Positions 12,682-25,491 of a DNA stretch of 64,000 nucleotides are shown here, in pieces (position 1 is the stretch's first letter; every line of letters starts with the position of its first letter). This DNA comes from Octopus sinensis (lineage: Eukaryota). A program made the translations under genes and the position numbers. The stretch lies in the NCBI RefSeq assembly GCF_006345805.1, contig NC_043015.1:18600001-18664000 (forward strand), read 5' to 3'. Under the pieces are notes generated by a model that ran no database searches, was not told the DNA's origin, and saw nothing but the letters and a program-made list of their open reading frames with translations.

Positions 12682-13008
12682 TAATCAATACGGCTATCTA
12701 CAAAAACCAAGGCATATATAAAACAATCGTACCCAAGTATAAAAGAAAATATTGTAAATATAAATGTTGAAGGTGTATAAAATAAACAATAAAATAATGG
12801 GAAAAGATAGACTAGAACGTTTCTGTGCGTCTTTTTCAGTTTTCAGAAAAACTCGTTCTTTTTATTCGCAAGTAAAATGTTTACACGCTATCCGTTGTAA
12901 AACTTTTTATTCGCACACTGAAACAATTAACATTGATTTTTCTTGTAAAAGAAAACTGTTTTCCTCAAGTCAATATCATTTGTTAACACCAAAAGAGTTT
13001 TCTTTAGT

Positions 13009-13010
<2 letters not shown>

Positions 13011-13075
<65 letters not shown>
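13011..13075. repeat. (TA)n microsatellite
   Basis: Visible run. Confidence 0.97.
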
Positions 13076-13077
<2 letters not shown>

Positions 13078-14289
13078 TAGTGGATATAATCATCCAGTTT
13101 CACCGATATTTTCTTTATTTGTTTTCTGAGCTAATGCTGAATCATGACTTTCTATTCTGTTTTGTTTCGAAAGAAAGACGCCATTGAAGTGCGATTGAAT
13201 TATTTTCTCAACGAAAGGAAAAGTTTTCTTTTCCCTGATGCAACATTTTTGATATTAAGTTTGGAGCTTCCAAAGGTTTCAATTACTTCATTCGAAAGGG
13301 CTTTTGTAGAAGAAATATCTTTGAAAATATCAGAAAAATATTAATGTGAAATGTGAAATCAATAGCAATAGCAGATAGCATCATAAGTCACAGTTTTGGA
13401 GAAAAACCTTTTTGTCTCACTAGAGCCAGACATATTAGAACAGACATTTCCTAATTTACGCTTTAGTTACTGTGTATTTACAACTTTGTAGTGTTTAAGT
13501 AGAGATATTTTTCTACTGCACAAAAAAGAAATCTATTTTGTACAGTCACTTTTCTAGCAACTGTCATTGAAGTGTAAGAGCTCCTGTGGAAGTATTGTAG
13601 GGTACTGTTTTTCCAGTCTACTCGTAGGTTAGCACTGATCTGACAAAGATCAAGATGTTTCTTCATTGAATGTGCTATATTTTATTCACACATTGTGTAT
13701 TTTGAATTGCATTAGTCAAAGTGTTCTTCTTTTTAAAAGACAGGAGTGTTGCACAAAAGAGATTTGGTTGCTATTTCTATTGAGTCAATTTCTATTGAGG
13801 CTCATCATTTTGTTGTTTTCAGGTAGATTATAAACTGTTACATTAGATTATAAACTGTTACAGATGTATCCAAATTATACTGCATGTATCCTCCATAGAT
13901 CATACTTGTACTCTATTTTTGCATACTTATAAAACTTTAGAATCCTATACAAATAGCGTTCGATTTTTAATATAGTATAGTACATATATTTTATTGATTT
14001 AGTACAAAATAAAAATGTGAGCTTCAATATTTCTCGACTATCAAGTGATGTAGAGTCAATTTTTATTTGAAACTCATCACTTTTGAAAACAATTTTCTCA
14101 AGGAGAAGAAGAAAAATAATCAATGTCAAACCCGACGGTATTTGCAGCCCAAAACACAAAGGAATATATACAGTAGTAGCAGTATTTAAGCGATATACTT
14201 AAATACTGCCAAGCAATTTGTCCACTGGTCTATCGTTTCTGACATCACCAGTTCTAATAGATTTCTCACATAATTACATGGCCAGAAAG

Positions 14290-14661
14290 AAAGGTGCCCA
14301 AGTACCTGATTGGTTATTTATATCGATCCCAGAAAGATGCAAGTCAAAATAAACCTTCATAGTATTGAAAGTCAGCAAGTTGCTCAACTGGAACTTATTT
14401 CATCGACCCCAAAAGGATGAAAGGCAAAGTCGACCGGGGTGGAATTTGAAGTCAGAACGTAAAGCCGAAAGAGATACCGCTAAGAATTTTGCCCGACACT
14501 CTAACGATTCTCCCAGATCGATGTTTTAATAATTATAATGACAATCATTTCTGTTATAGACACAAAACCTGAAATTTTGAAGGAAGCGGTTAGACCTAAG
14601 TATTTGATTAGTACTTATTTCATCGACCTGCCAGCTAGTAACGATCCTACCAGCTCACCGC
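14290..14661 (-). mobile_element. Cluster of degenerate SINE family 1 copies
   Basis: Repeated GGATGAAAGGCAAAGTCGAC / AACGATTCT.CCAG words in reverse orientation. Confidence 0.75.
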
Positions 14662-14689
14662 AATAATAATAATAATGATAATAATAATG

Positions 14690-14759
<70 letters not shown>

Positions 14760-14763
14760 TGAT

Positions 14764-15225
14764 GGTATGAGCATGTACCAAGTAAAGTTATGCAGGAGGA
14801 TGGAAAAATAACGATACTCTGGGACTATGATTTTCAGACAGATCGTGTAAATCGAACATCGTCGGCCAGATATTGGCATATCAAATAAGAGAGACAAATA
14901 CTGTCGGATCATTGATGTAGCCATAGCAAATGACAGGAATGTTGTGAGTAAAGAGGTTGGGAAAATCACCGATGGCAAGACTGAACGGAATGCGAGAGGA
15001 TAATGTAAAAGTGAAACCAGTGGTGATCAGAGCGTTGGGCTGAACCCCATTGAAACTTCAAGACTTCTTAAGGTAACTGGAAATCCCATGCAAGATTGAT
15101 GTCTTGCAAAAAGCAGCCTTATTGGGTACAGCGCACATCTTAAGGAAAGTATTATCTGTCTGAGGTCCTTGTGACTTCACAGATGACTAAAGATTCCCAT
15201 GCATTTTTATTACACTGTGTTACGG
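14764..15225 (+). mobile_element. 5'-truncated R4/Dong 3' fragment (endonuclease region)
   Basis: Follows (AAT)n 14662-14763. Reads WYEHVP..KITILWDYDFQTD..RPDI..IIDVAI and ends ALLGTAHILRKVL. Confidence 0.85.
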
Positions 15226-15316
15226 AGGAGGAACAACAACAACAAAAACAACAACAACAACAATAATAATAATAATACAGTTGCTTGACCTTAACCAGTT
15301 GAGCATATCACTTCCA

Positions 15317-15820
15317 ACAAGTATGGACTTGATAGAGCAAAAAGGTAGTACAAGCATAAACCCGAAGGCATCATCAATAATGCAAAGATCATATGGGATC
15401 TTATGATTCAGTGCGAGCATGATATAGAGAATAGGAAGCCAGATAGAGAATAGAAAGCAAACGATGCTGGATCATAGATATAGCTTGCCCAGCTGACAAC
15501 AAGGTATGTGATAAAGAAGAAAGAAAGGTCGACAGATACAACAGGATAGCTTGGGAAGTCAAGCAGTTGTGGTGGCTGAAAAATGTGGCAGTAGTACCAA
15601 TGATTGTCGGAGCCTTGGGAACAGTGAGTAAAAATCTTGAGAAGTACATGGAACAAATAGGAGCTGCAATAAGGGCGGAGCATTTGCAGAAAACAGCACT
15701 GTTTGGAACCGCTCGAATACTCTGGTTGGTACTCGAAAAATAAGGGGTATTACCTTAGTTCATTGGTAGTGAACGGCCGACACCGTAGTACATATTCAGC
15801 GTTAGAAGCTATGCAAAGAC
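15317..15820 (+). mobile_element. 5'-truncated R4/Dong 3' fragment (family shared with 44035-44316)
   Basis: KIIWDLMIQC..IDIACPADNKVCDKEERKVDRY..VPMIVGALG..HLQKTALFGTAR plus UTR ending GCAAAGAC|AATAAT. Confidence 0.87.
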
Positions 15821-15900
<80 letters not shown>

Positions 15901-15901
<1 letters not shown>

Positions 15902-16925
15902 TGTAAAGGAAGCTGGCAAATTCGCAAGGGAACTTGGCATTAACTCTGAAATATTTGAAGCACTTGAAACTACTGTCGCAAAACAAGCAAAATAAATCAA
16001 GCAGACTGCAAAAAAGAACGGGCAAAAACATTGAGGAGCGGTGAGCTAGAAACCTCTGCATGGACAGTATATACTTCAAAGTCGGAATGCTGATGTAGAT
16101 CAAGCAATAACCCATCAGTGGCTGAGAAGTTCAGGACTGAATGGAGAGACTGAAGGTTTTATATTGGCGGCACAAGGTCAAAACTTACAAAAAACTACCG
16201 GGCTAACATTCTTTAAAACGGTTCTGACCCTAAATGCAGATTCTGTGACACATTTGACGAAACAATAGACCATCCCATCTCGAGATGTCCTTTACCAAAC
16301 GAATACAAAATTCGCCAAGACAGTACTTACATTGGAAAATATATAAACACTGTAAAATCAGCACTCCTGCTTACTGGTATGAACATCATCCTGAGCCAGT
16401 CGTTGAAGTTAGAAATGTCACTATCCTCTGGGATTTTCCAGTCAACACAGACAGAACAATCCAGGCTAATTGACCAGACATAATTATTAAAGACGAGAAG
16501 AAAATACTTGTGGACTGGTAGATGTAAGTGTTCCCACTGATAAAAAATATATCTGTCAAGGAATTTGACAAACTAAGTTAATATAAGGACCTGGAAACTG
16601 AAATACAAAATATGTGGCATCTTAAAACGAAAACTGTTCCTGTTATTATAGGTGCCCTAGGTATGACAAAAAAAGTGGGATGTCAGAAACATCTTGATAA
16701 GCTCCCAGTAGAACCATGTCTCAGAGAAATACAAACGATTGTACTAACAAGTACCGCCCACATCCTTAGAAACACCCTATCTATTTAAATGCCTGTGCTG
16801 TATTAGATGAAGATATTTCTCTACTTTTCCTCCCAAGCTTTTAGTCATACTGTAACATCATTTATCCTTCACTCGTCCCAGGACACTAGGTATGTCACGG
16901 AAAGTTACTGTAACAAATATGATGA
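15901..16925 (+). mobile_element. 5'-truncated R4/Dong fragment (zinc knuckle plus RLE endonuclease, degenerate)
   Basis: Follows (AAT)n 15821-15900. Reads HQWLRSSGLNGETEGFILAAQ, CRFC, WYEHHPEPV..TILWDFPVNTDRTIQAN*PD, KEFDKLS*YKDLE, VPVIIGALG. Confidence 0.9.
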
Positions 16926-17190
16926 AAAAGGGATGTCAGAAACATCTAGTTAAGATTTCAGGAGAACCATGTCGCAGAGAAATCCAAAAGATTGTACCGA
17001 GAAGTACTGCCCACATCCTTAGAAAAACCGTACCCATTTAAATGTCTGTGTTGTATTACTTGAAGATATTGAACTACTTCCCCTCCCTAAGCTTTCAGTC
17101 ATACTATAACATCTCTTATCCTTCACTCGCCTCAGGACACAGGGTGTGTCTCAGGATGTGACTAACAAATATGCAGATTAAAAGTAAAAT
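16926..17190 (+). mobile_element. Second, diverged copy of the same Dong 3' end in tandem
   Basis: AAAAAGGGATGTCAGAAACATCT...GCCCACATCCTTAGAAA...ACTAACAAATATG parallels 16671-16925 and ends in an AAT tail. Confidence 0.85.
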
Positions 17191-18029
17191 AATAATAATA
17201 GTAACAACAACAACAGCAACAATAATAATAATTTCTTAATGGCATGTAGAAACTTAAAAAAGATATGGGATTTATAATACATGTAGAATTGTACAAAGTT
17301 ATGTAAAGACGAGGAGAGGGGTAAAGACGCTATATACAGTAGACAGGTTTAAAATTTGATAAAACCAAACATTAAGTAACAAATATTAAACACACACAAT
17401 AATTAAAACAAAATATAATAAAAAATTAAGGCTACTCACTCGTTAGGTCGAGTCGGAGTTCCACGTTTCGGCTCACTCACATTGTATATTTCTCGGGGAT
17501 CTTTAATATCAATTCGAGTCAAAATTTGGGCTTTTCTTCCAGCTTTCTGGAAGTTTGCTGAGATAACTGTTTTAGTCTTTCCTTTTTCTCTCCTGTCTTT
17601 CATTCCACCCCGGACTGTATTTGATCCCAATACTCACACTAGGATGGGAGTTGAGTTGTTAGGATGGGGACCTCAGCATTGTCTGCCTCTGACATGAAAC
17701 AGGGTGTAACTTCCTCTGTCAACTTCAGACTGACAGAAGATTCCCTGAAATTGTTTGTTACTGGAACAAGGACGAGGTGGTGATTTTGCTCTTCATCGGT
17801 GCTGTAAATGATGGTGCGATTGGTTGGCGATCCTTGCTTGTTAAGCCGTTGACGATGCCATTACAAATGAAGTAGAGCAAGATGTTCAAAAAAGGTGTTC
17901 TTTAAGTGACCGTCAATGAAATAAAACGAAGTTGCCTCGTAAATTCTTTTACATGACATAAAACAAGAAGTCCGAACTCAGCACAAAGAATCTTGGAAAC
18001 CTTTGCAATCCAAATACCAAGAGCAAGAG

Positions 18030-18051
18030 AGAGAAAGAGAGAGAGATATAG

Positions 18052-18105
<54 letters not shown>

Positions 18106-18419
18106 AGAGAGAGAGAAGAAACACGTCTGTGTAAGCAAACAACATCAACGACGACGACGATGGTGATGATAACAACAACAGCAATAATGAGTTCGATGAT
18201 GATCTTTATTCCTACACTACATTAAATTGATACAGCAGGAACTTATATGTGGAAAATGATGATTTAATCCCGTGAATATTGTATTGGTTCAGTTCTGCAA
18301 CGATTTATCAAACTTTGCAGTAAACTCAAACTTTTATACATACATACATACATGCACAAACACAGCACGCACGCACACACAGACACAGGCACACACACAG
18401 ACACACAGACACACACACA

Positions 18420-18458
<39 letters not shown>

Positions 18459-18475
18459 TTCCATACATACACATA
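18030..18475. repeat. (GA)/(GATA)n, (ACG/ACA)n and (CA)n microsatellite cluster
   Basis: Visible runs at about 18030-18118, 18140-18200 and 18335-18475. Confidence 0.9.
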
Positions 18476-19269
18476 CACGCGGAATCATAGAACTGTGTTT
18501 GAATGATGTTAATAATCCAATGACAGAAGTGATGAGGAAACAACAACTTTATGAAAGTTTTGTAAAACTGTATACACCCTTGATTTGTAGCTTGCAAAAA
18601 CTAAGTGCCGTTTCGCTTTCAAACAAAATGTTTTCCACAAAATAAAGAGGTAACAATAGTAAAAAAGACGATTTCTTTTGTATAGAAATATAATTAGTAA
18701 CAGCTTATTTCATTTCCCTCTTCTCCATTTTCCATTGCGCATGTTATATGTCTTCTGTAAAACAATGTTATTTACAATTTGCGAATTCGTTAGCATTCTT
18801 TTCACCATTTTTTTCAGTAATTAAGTGTTTATAGCAATTTAATTATAGTAAAGTTTTCTTATGTATACATATATTTCATCAAAGGAACGGAATATTGTTG
18901 AGCATCTTGTTAAATAGGTACTAATTGTTCGTCTAGAGGGAAATGATAATTATATATCATTAATTATAGTATTCGCCTGATACAAGATACTAACGGAGTG
19001 ATAGACATATTGTTGCTTTCTAGCATTTTTCTCTCGTCACCAACTATATCAGATTGAACTTACCCAAGCAAAGCAATTCAAGCTGCTGCTGTCTCTACTA
19101 CTACAACTACATGCAACATGGACCTAACATATAAACATAAACCATTTCATACAATAGGATGTACAAGACATCTGGATGCTTACATATGTGTGAATAAAAA
19201 AATGTAGTAAAGTACGAACCGTAACGGACACATGCTGCTCAATTCCAAGTAGATGTGGTATTTAACCCA

Positions 19270-19915
19270 ACCGTTCGAAGAACGTAGAGGCTAGGAGACG
19301 GAGGTGGTGGTAGATTTTAGTGCCGACCTCGATGGAATATCGTAACTTTCAGCAGAAAGTGCAGAATGTTACGGAAAGGCAACTGAAAAATGGATGACAA
19401 TACGTGGTTGTGCGCGACACAGATCACATATATGCCAAACTAGTTCTCCCACGTCATGAAAAAACGTCTACGGCAACTGGCTGCAGGATGGGCGTATCTC
19501 CTGTTCTGTGAGTAGAGTAGGAGAGTAGTAGCACTTATGAAGACAGGTTCAAACAAGTGGTATGTCATTGATCTGCTGAATGCAGAGTTTAGGATTTTGG
19601 CCAAAGAGATAGCAATGAGACTGGTGCTTGACATCGAGAATATCGCCGGGAATGCACTGAAGTGCACAATCCCGGCCCGATCTATCCACGATAATCTCCA
19701 TCTCATGTGGTTGAGCCCAATTCAAATCCTTGAAAAGTTTTCGATTGGGTCAATCATTATCATTTAATGGCTGTCGAGAAGGCAGCCGGTTTCTGTCCCG
19801 TTTTGAGTGTTGTATCGCTCCAGTATCAGGTTGCATCTGCTTGCTGGTCAGTGTAAGTGGCCTCTTATCGGAGCCTTTTCAGATCACACGTCCAATTCTC
19901 TCTCATCTATTTTGT
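19270..19915 (+). mobile_element. Tx1/L1-like non-LTR RT fragment
   Basis: ORF 19537-19767 LLNAEFRILAKEIAMRLVLDIENIAGNALKCTIPARSIHDNLHLM matches the L1/Tx1 RT pattern ITLLN.DYKILAK.LA.RL...Q...IPGRSI.DNL. Confidence 0.8.
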
Positions 19916-21407
19916 ACATAATGACTGTTTTGTAGTCTGAATCGAAATATACCCCAACGAAACTGCTATTATTTGTTTTATAATCGAGATTAGATATGAT
20001 AGAGTAAACATTTCTAAATGTTTGGATTATGGCTATAACTCATCTTTTTTTCTTAGCTGGACAACTATTTTATTTCAACCTTTGTCTTCGCGCTCTACAA
20101 ACAATAGAAGAAAACTAAAATAGAAAAGTGGAAGGCAAATTCGTCACAAAGATTTTTGTTTGTTTTAGTGTTACTATTTCTATTTAATAGCTCAAATTCA
20201 GTTATTTTAAGGCTTCTGATCTTACACTCCCTCATTTAGCAAGAAATAAGTCTGTGGCATTTCTGAAAACAGATCTTAAAAAAATTTATTTAAGCGGCTC
20301 GTTGAAAGAATTTATGAACCTTTTATTACAAGACATTGGAAGATTTTGATGTTTCAACTTTAACAGAGAAAAGCTTGTTAGAATATTCCCTAACTTATTA
20401 TATCGGTATTACATTGATTTCCGAGTTCTGAGTCGTTGCCATTAGTCTCTCAGGGTTTTTTGATCTTGGCTTAAGTTGAAAATACTCAATATTGATTAAC
20501 TGTCAATCCCCAGCAGGAGAATTGGGAGTTAATCAGTGTCAAAGACTGAAAGAAATTGGTAGATTAAACGGTCTTTTGAAGTAATACAAGATAACATTTT
20601 TTTATAAAGCAGTACACCAAAATTATCGATTCTAACTTAATAGCATTCTCATTGGGAATGTAGACAGATAGAATTTGATAAAGAAACTGAGTTTTATAAG
20701 AGAGAAGCAATTCAGTTAATATGTTTATAATCGTACTGGGTTCGATTTCTTTAAACATTAGCACAACCTGCAAGAGAAATGAATAATACAACTGAAAGCT
20801 TGAGTATATTGTAGCTATTAGTAAAGCCTATTATGGGAAAGTAGCCGACCAAATGAAAAATATAGGTTTGAATATCTATCACTTAAGATCGTATACGTTG
20901 GGACTGTTTTGTATAACACGAGAAAAACTCTCCAGTATGATGGTTCTAATACCTGATTACTTTTTTAGAAAAAGGATAATACTTGACTTTCTCTTTAATC
21001 ATACTAGGAACCAAGTTGGAAAGTTTCAATAAATCGTGAATAGTAGCATTGTGACGCGATCCAAAACTCACAGATTATACGCTCATTATTCCAACAGTTT
21101 CAAGTGCATCATTAGCGAAATTATTTATTCAAGGGAAGTTAATAATTGAACATTAGAATTCTATATCTTAACATTTTAAAATTATATTCATTATTTAGAA
21201 CTTTCTAAAATTAAACCTTTGTATGCAAGACGTAGATCACAATCTTTATTTTTATCGGAAATGGGGATAAGATTCTGAGAAATTTTTTTCAAATTAAATG
21301 AAAGGAAACGAAATTAGTTTCAACTGAAATTAGAAAGTGATTGCACGCGAACTGTCGCAATGTTGTTTCCCCTTATTTTATCGATATCTCATAAAATATA
21401 CATTATA

Positions 21408-21920
21408 CGATAAATGAAATAGAAGGTTTCTAATCTTTGAACATTTATTTCTAATACAGGATTTGATTGATAAATTTGTGGAAGGTGAAAAGTGAGAGTA
21501 ATGATATCATGACTTTCCTAAGATAAGGAAGAGAAATGCATGTTTGCGAAAACCGAAACCAGAGCATATTCTCTACCTGAAAGAATTACTTCCGTATCAT
21601 GGTTATCATCGATAAATATGGACTTTATGAACACAACGAGTTTTGCTACTAAATATTTTCGCTTTGGCGGGGTGAAACGAGATGAGCTCAGAATCTAGAA
21701 CTTCGTGAAGACATCCTTGTTTCTGCTTTCCCAAACTATTCATTAACACTTTCTTTTAAAATGTATAAGATATCATATATAATGAGAATGTTCATATTTG
21801 AAAAATAAGCTTCAACGCAATAATCATAACTCTCATTTTTCACCTTCCATAAATTTATCAATCTAATCCTGTGTTAGAGGCAAATGTTCAGAGATTAGAA
21901 ACTCTCTATTTCATTTTTCG
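21408..21920. mobile_element. MITE-like element with ~100-bp terminal inverted repeats and TA flanks
   Basis: 21408-21505 aligns with the reverse complement of 21823-21920 (CGA.AAATGAAATAGA..GTTTCTAATCT.TGAACATTT..TCTAA.ACAGGATT.GATTGATAAATTT.TGGAAGGTGAAAA.TGAGAGT.ATGAT). TA at 21406-21407 and 21921-21922. Confidence 0.85.
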
Positions 21921-24498
21921 TATTATACAGTCAGGTATATAATAAATCAGGTGATTGGTATAACAGAGCATTGACTGTTCAGGTTTAAGTTTGAGGTCAT
22001 TCATTCATGTCTCAAAGTAGATAAAAAAATTTACGGAAAACTGAATATTGATTTCTAACTTGACAAAATGTCACACATTGCACGGAAAGGCATGATCTAT
22101 GAAACCGTTTCCAATTGCCTAATACTTATTTAATCAGCCCTACAAGGAACAGAACTAACTAAAAATAAGGGATGTAACTTCAAAACGTTTATTGCGTTGA
22201 AGTTTAGTAAGTTATTTTCAAATACGAACATTCTCAGTACGTTTAACATCTTAAGCATTTAAAAAAAAGTTATTCTTTACCAGCACGTTAGATTTGATTG
22301 AAGAAACTCCGTGATTAAACACGTTCTAGCAATGCCAACATCATCTTTTCTTCAAACATATTGTATCTAAGACTATTATTAAATGCAGCCTTTCCTTCTA
22401 AAGGAGGTAGGGTGTTATTTGAAGGTGATCTGGCTGCTATTTCTAATTCATAAGTTGGGTGAAAAAATGCAATGTATTAAAGGAGGTACAACAAAACATG
22501 AAATTTCCAACCATGTAAACTTATCAACTGAATATTATTACAATACTATTGCACTGATACAAATGTTTATATGGTTCAAGTGTGTTATTATTCTTCGTTA
22601 ATATGCTCGTGCACGCTCAAACATGTAAACTTATCAAATATTCCTTCACTATATATCATTCAATATTTTTTTCCAAATATCTTATTGTGAAACAGAGAGA
22701 TGATTCAGTTACATCTGTATTTTTTCAGAAGTAATTTTACTTCTTATACCAGGAAAATTCACACTGCATATAATAAAAGAAGGTATTTTTTTTATCGGAT
22801 TTTCAAATACTGGTCAATTTTGAAAGAATATTCAAACTTAAAGCATGTCATGAGAATAAATTAGATTGATGAAAGGTTGGTTGATTCAAATATCGTTATT
22901 TGATTATCGGAGGCTTATAGCTGTTAATGAAAATCCAATCCCAAATTTGAATGGATTTTCTAGTGATAATCCTTGTTAGAAAGACCGAAGTTAATCTAAG
23001 TCTTAGGAAATCTTTATCGTAAATCAACACTGCAAGAATGCATCATTTTCGGTTATTCCTCCCGATCATGAGCAATCATTCAAATTACCCAACCGAAATG
23101 TAAAACAAAATCAATGTAACAAGCATTGTTAGTTAAATAACTGTACTTGTCAATGTTGGGGAAACCTGTGTCAGTTCTATTCCATAGTCTTTTTATTACA
23201 GCATGTTAAAAAAAGATTTTGTCATATCAGTTTTAAGGAAGAAAGATGTGTTTAAGAATAAGTGATATAGTTACAGATGTTATAATAATAAACGTATTAC
23301 TATTGTCGTGGCCAATGCTTTTGGCAAAAGCATTATTTTGCACCAAAAATATATAAATATGCCTATCTAAGGCAAAAGGTTGATTGGTTTGAGCGTGTAC
23401 GAGCATATTAACGAAGAATAATAACACACTTGAACCATATAAACAATAATAAAGAGTGACACACAGCTATTCATCTTCCTCTCAGTGGCGACCCCTATTT
23501 TCGAGACGTCCATGGTTCGTTTAGGCATGCTGGAAACCGATGATTGAGTCAGTTCTATGTTTACAAACTTCTGTTTTTGCTGTACGAGAGCTTTCAACTG
23601 TTCAATATTTGTTGGCTTTTCTGTCAACTCGGATTTTAAGGATGGACCAAAAACTTTCAATATGATTTAAATCTGGAGAATTCCCCGGCCAAGGCTCCAA
23701 AATGTCAATACATTTATCTTCAAGATACTTTTTAAAATATTTTTAGCAGTGTGGCAAGGTGTTCCATCTTGTTGGAAAATGAAAGTTTCTTCGCCAAACT
23801 ACCTCTCAATGTTTGGAAGGAGATGGTTTTCAAGAATATTTTGGTACCATATGGAATTCATAGAAGTGTTTTTCGGCAAAACAGACAGTGATCCAACGCC
23901 CTTGGATGAAAAGCAACCTCACACATGAATGGTTTCTGGATGCTTGACCGTGTGGGCACGATACATGCCAAATCATAGCATTCACCTTATCGCCTTCTGA
24001 CGAGCCTTTTTCCAGATGTCCCAAACAATTGAAATGGTGCTTCATCAGAAAATATCACTTTTCCCCATTGTTCACTAGACCACTTTTTACATTTTCTGCA
24101 AAAGGCAAGCCTGTCCTTCACATTTTTCTTGGACAAAAAAGTTTCTTTGTAGTATTCTATGAAGCGAGACCATTGTCAAGAAGTCGTCGTCGCACAGGCC
24201 GAGCTGAAGCGCTGATACCGGCTAATTCTCACTCTTTAGCAAGCTATTTGCTACCGACACTTTGATTCTTCAATGAATTTCTCACCAAAGCTCTGTCTTA
24301 GCTGTCAGAGGACAGATGTTGACGACCAGGGGCCTTCTTCACCGTCATAGATCCGGTCTCTTTGAAAGGTTTATAATCGTGTACACAGTTCTTTCAGGTG
24401 CACTGCCTTTAGCAACAATATCCTGTGTTGTTAGGCCATTTTGTTGGAAAGAAATTATTGACTGAAGCTTTTCTTGTGCCAATACCATCCCTACAATA

Positions 24499-24707
24499 TG
24501 GCGGCGAGCCGGCAGAAACGTTAGCATGCCGGGCGAGATGCTTAGCGGTATTTCATCTGTCTTTACGTTCTGAGTTCAAATTCCGCCGAGGTCGACTTTG
24601 TCTTTCATCCTTTCGGGGTCGATAAATTAAGTACCAGTTGCATACTGGGGTAGATCTAATCGACTGGCCCCTCCCCCAAAATTTCGGGCTTTGTACCTAG
24701 AGTAAAA
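24499..24707 (+). mobile_element. SINE family 1, young full-length copy with 18-bp TSD, inserted at the Tc1 start codon
   Basis: AATACCATC(C/T)CTACAATA at 24481-24498 and 24708-24725. The TSD contains the minus-strand ATG of the Tc1 transposase. Confidence 0.93.
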
Positions 24708-24842
24708 AATACCATCTCTACAATAAAAGAAAATAAAATTTGAAATTTTTGTGAGGAAAAAGAGCATTCATTAATTAAAAATCATTCATAAAAGGCTCAT
24801 GACATCATACATAACTTTACTTACTGTTCTGGCTATTAATTA

Positions 24843-25253
24843 CTAGCAGTATCGCCCGGCGTTGCTCGGGTTTGTTTCGACCCGCTGGAATTCGAATTTT
24901 TGAAAAGTAAAAATTTTGCATTATGTAGCTTGTTATTCTCTTCAAGTGAACATTTTTCTGGTTGAAATAAACCGAAAAGTGGCGACACAGCAGTGAAAAA
25001 ATCGTAAAAAATAGGGATTTTCATAGAAAAAATCACCTTTTTGATGTAAATAATTTTTGGTGTTAACATGGTCCGATTTGAATCTTATCTTCTACGGAAG
25101 GAAGAGCAAGCCTTCTTCTATTATACTCTCAATATTGGTCAACTTGCGCCGCAGGGTCTCGGAGGAGATAGTGTTAGTTGAAGGCTACCAAACCTGGCGC
25201 ACACAGACAACTTCAGCTTTATATAGAGAGAGATAACACACACACATTAATAC

Positions 25254-25294
<41 letters not shown>

Positions 25295-25450
25295 TGTATG
25301 TATGGATGTATGTATGTATATAGGTACATCTGTCCACTTCTTGCCATATTTTTATCCTTCACTTCCTACACACACACACACACACAGCCACACACACACG
25401 CGCGCGCACGCACACACACACACACACACAGCCACACACACACGCGCGCG

Positions 25451-25491
<41 letters not shown>

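Noticed and set aside
13824-13862. Small tandem duplications (also 5763-5784, 44933-44972, about 58115-58166)
   Set aside because: Ordinary 10-26 bp slippage duplications with no further structure.
13144-14159. AT-rich ORFs 13144-13344, 13478-13666 and 13875-14159 as possible host exons
   Set aside because: Lengths and composition are expected by chance in AT-rich DNA, and splice signals are not consistent.
17436-17900. Protein-looking minus-strand stretch with GTGAGT donor-like sites at about 17439 and 17637
   Set aside because: Every acceptor/donor combination I tried contained in-frame stops, and no domain was recognised. A GAGCCGAAACGT word at 17462-17473 lacks a CUGANGA core, so it is not called a hammerhead.
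20564-20791. 75-aa ORF with a good acceptor (TTTCTCTTGCAG|GTT) on the minus strand
   Set aside because: No convincing donor, no recognisable motif and no consistent neighbouring exons. An HTGE word nearby is too weak to call a hAT transposase.
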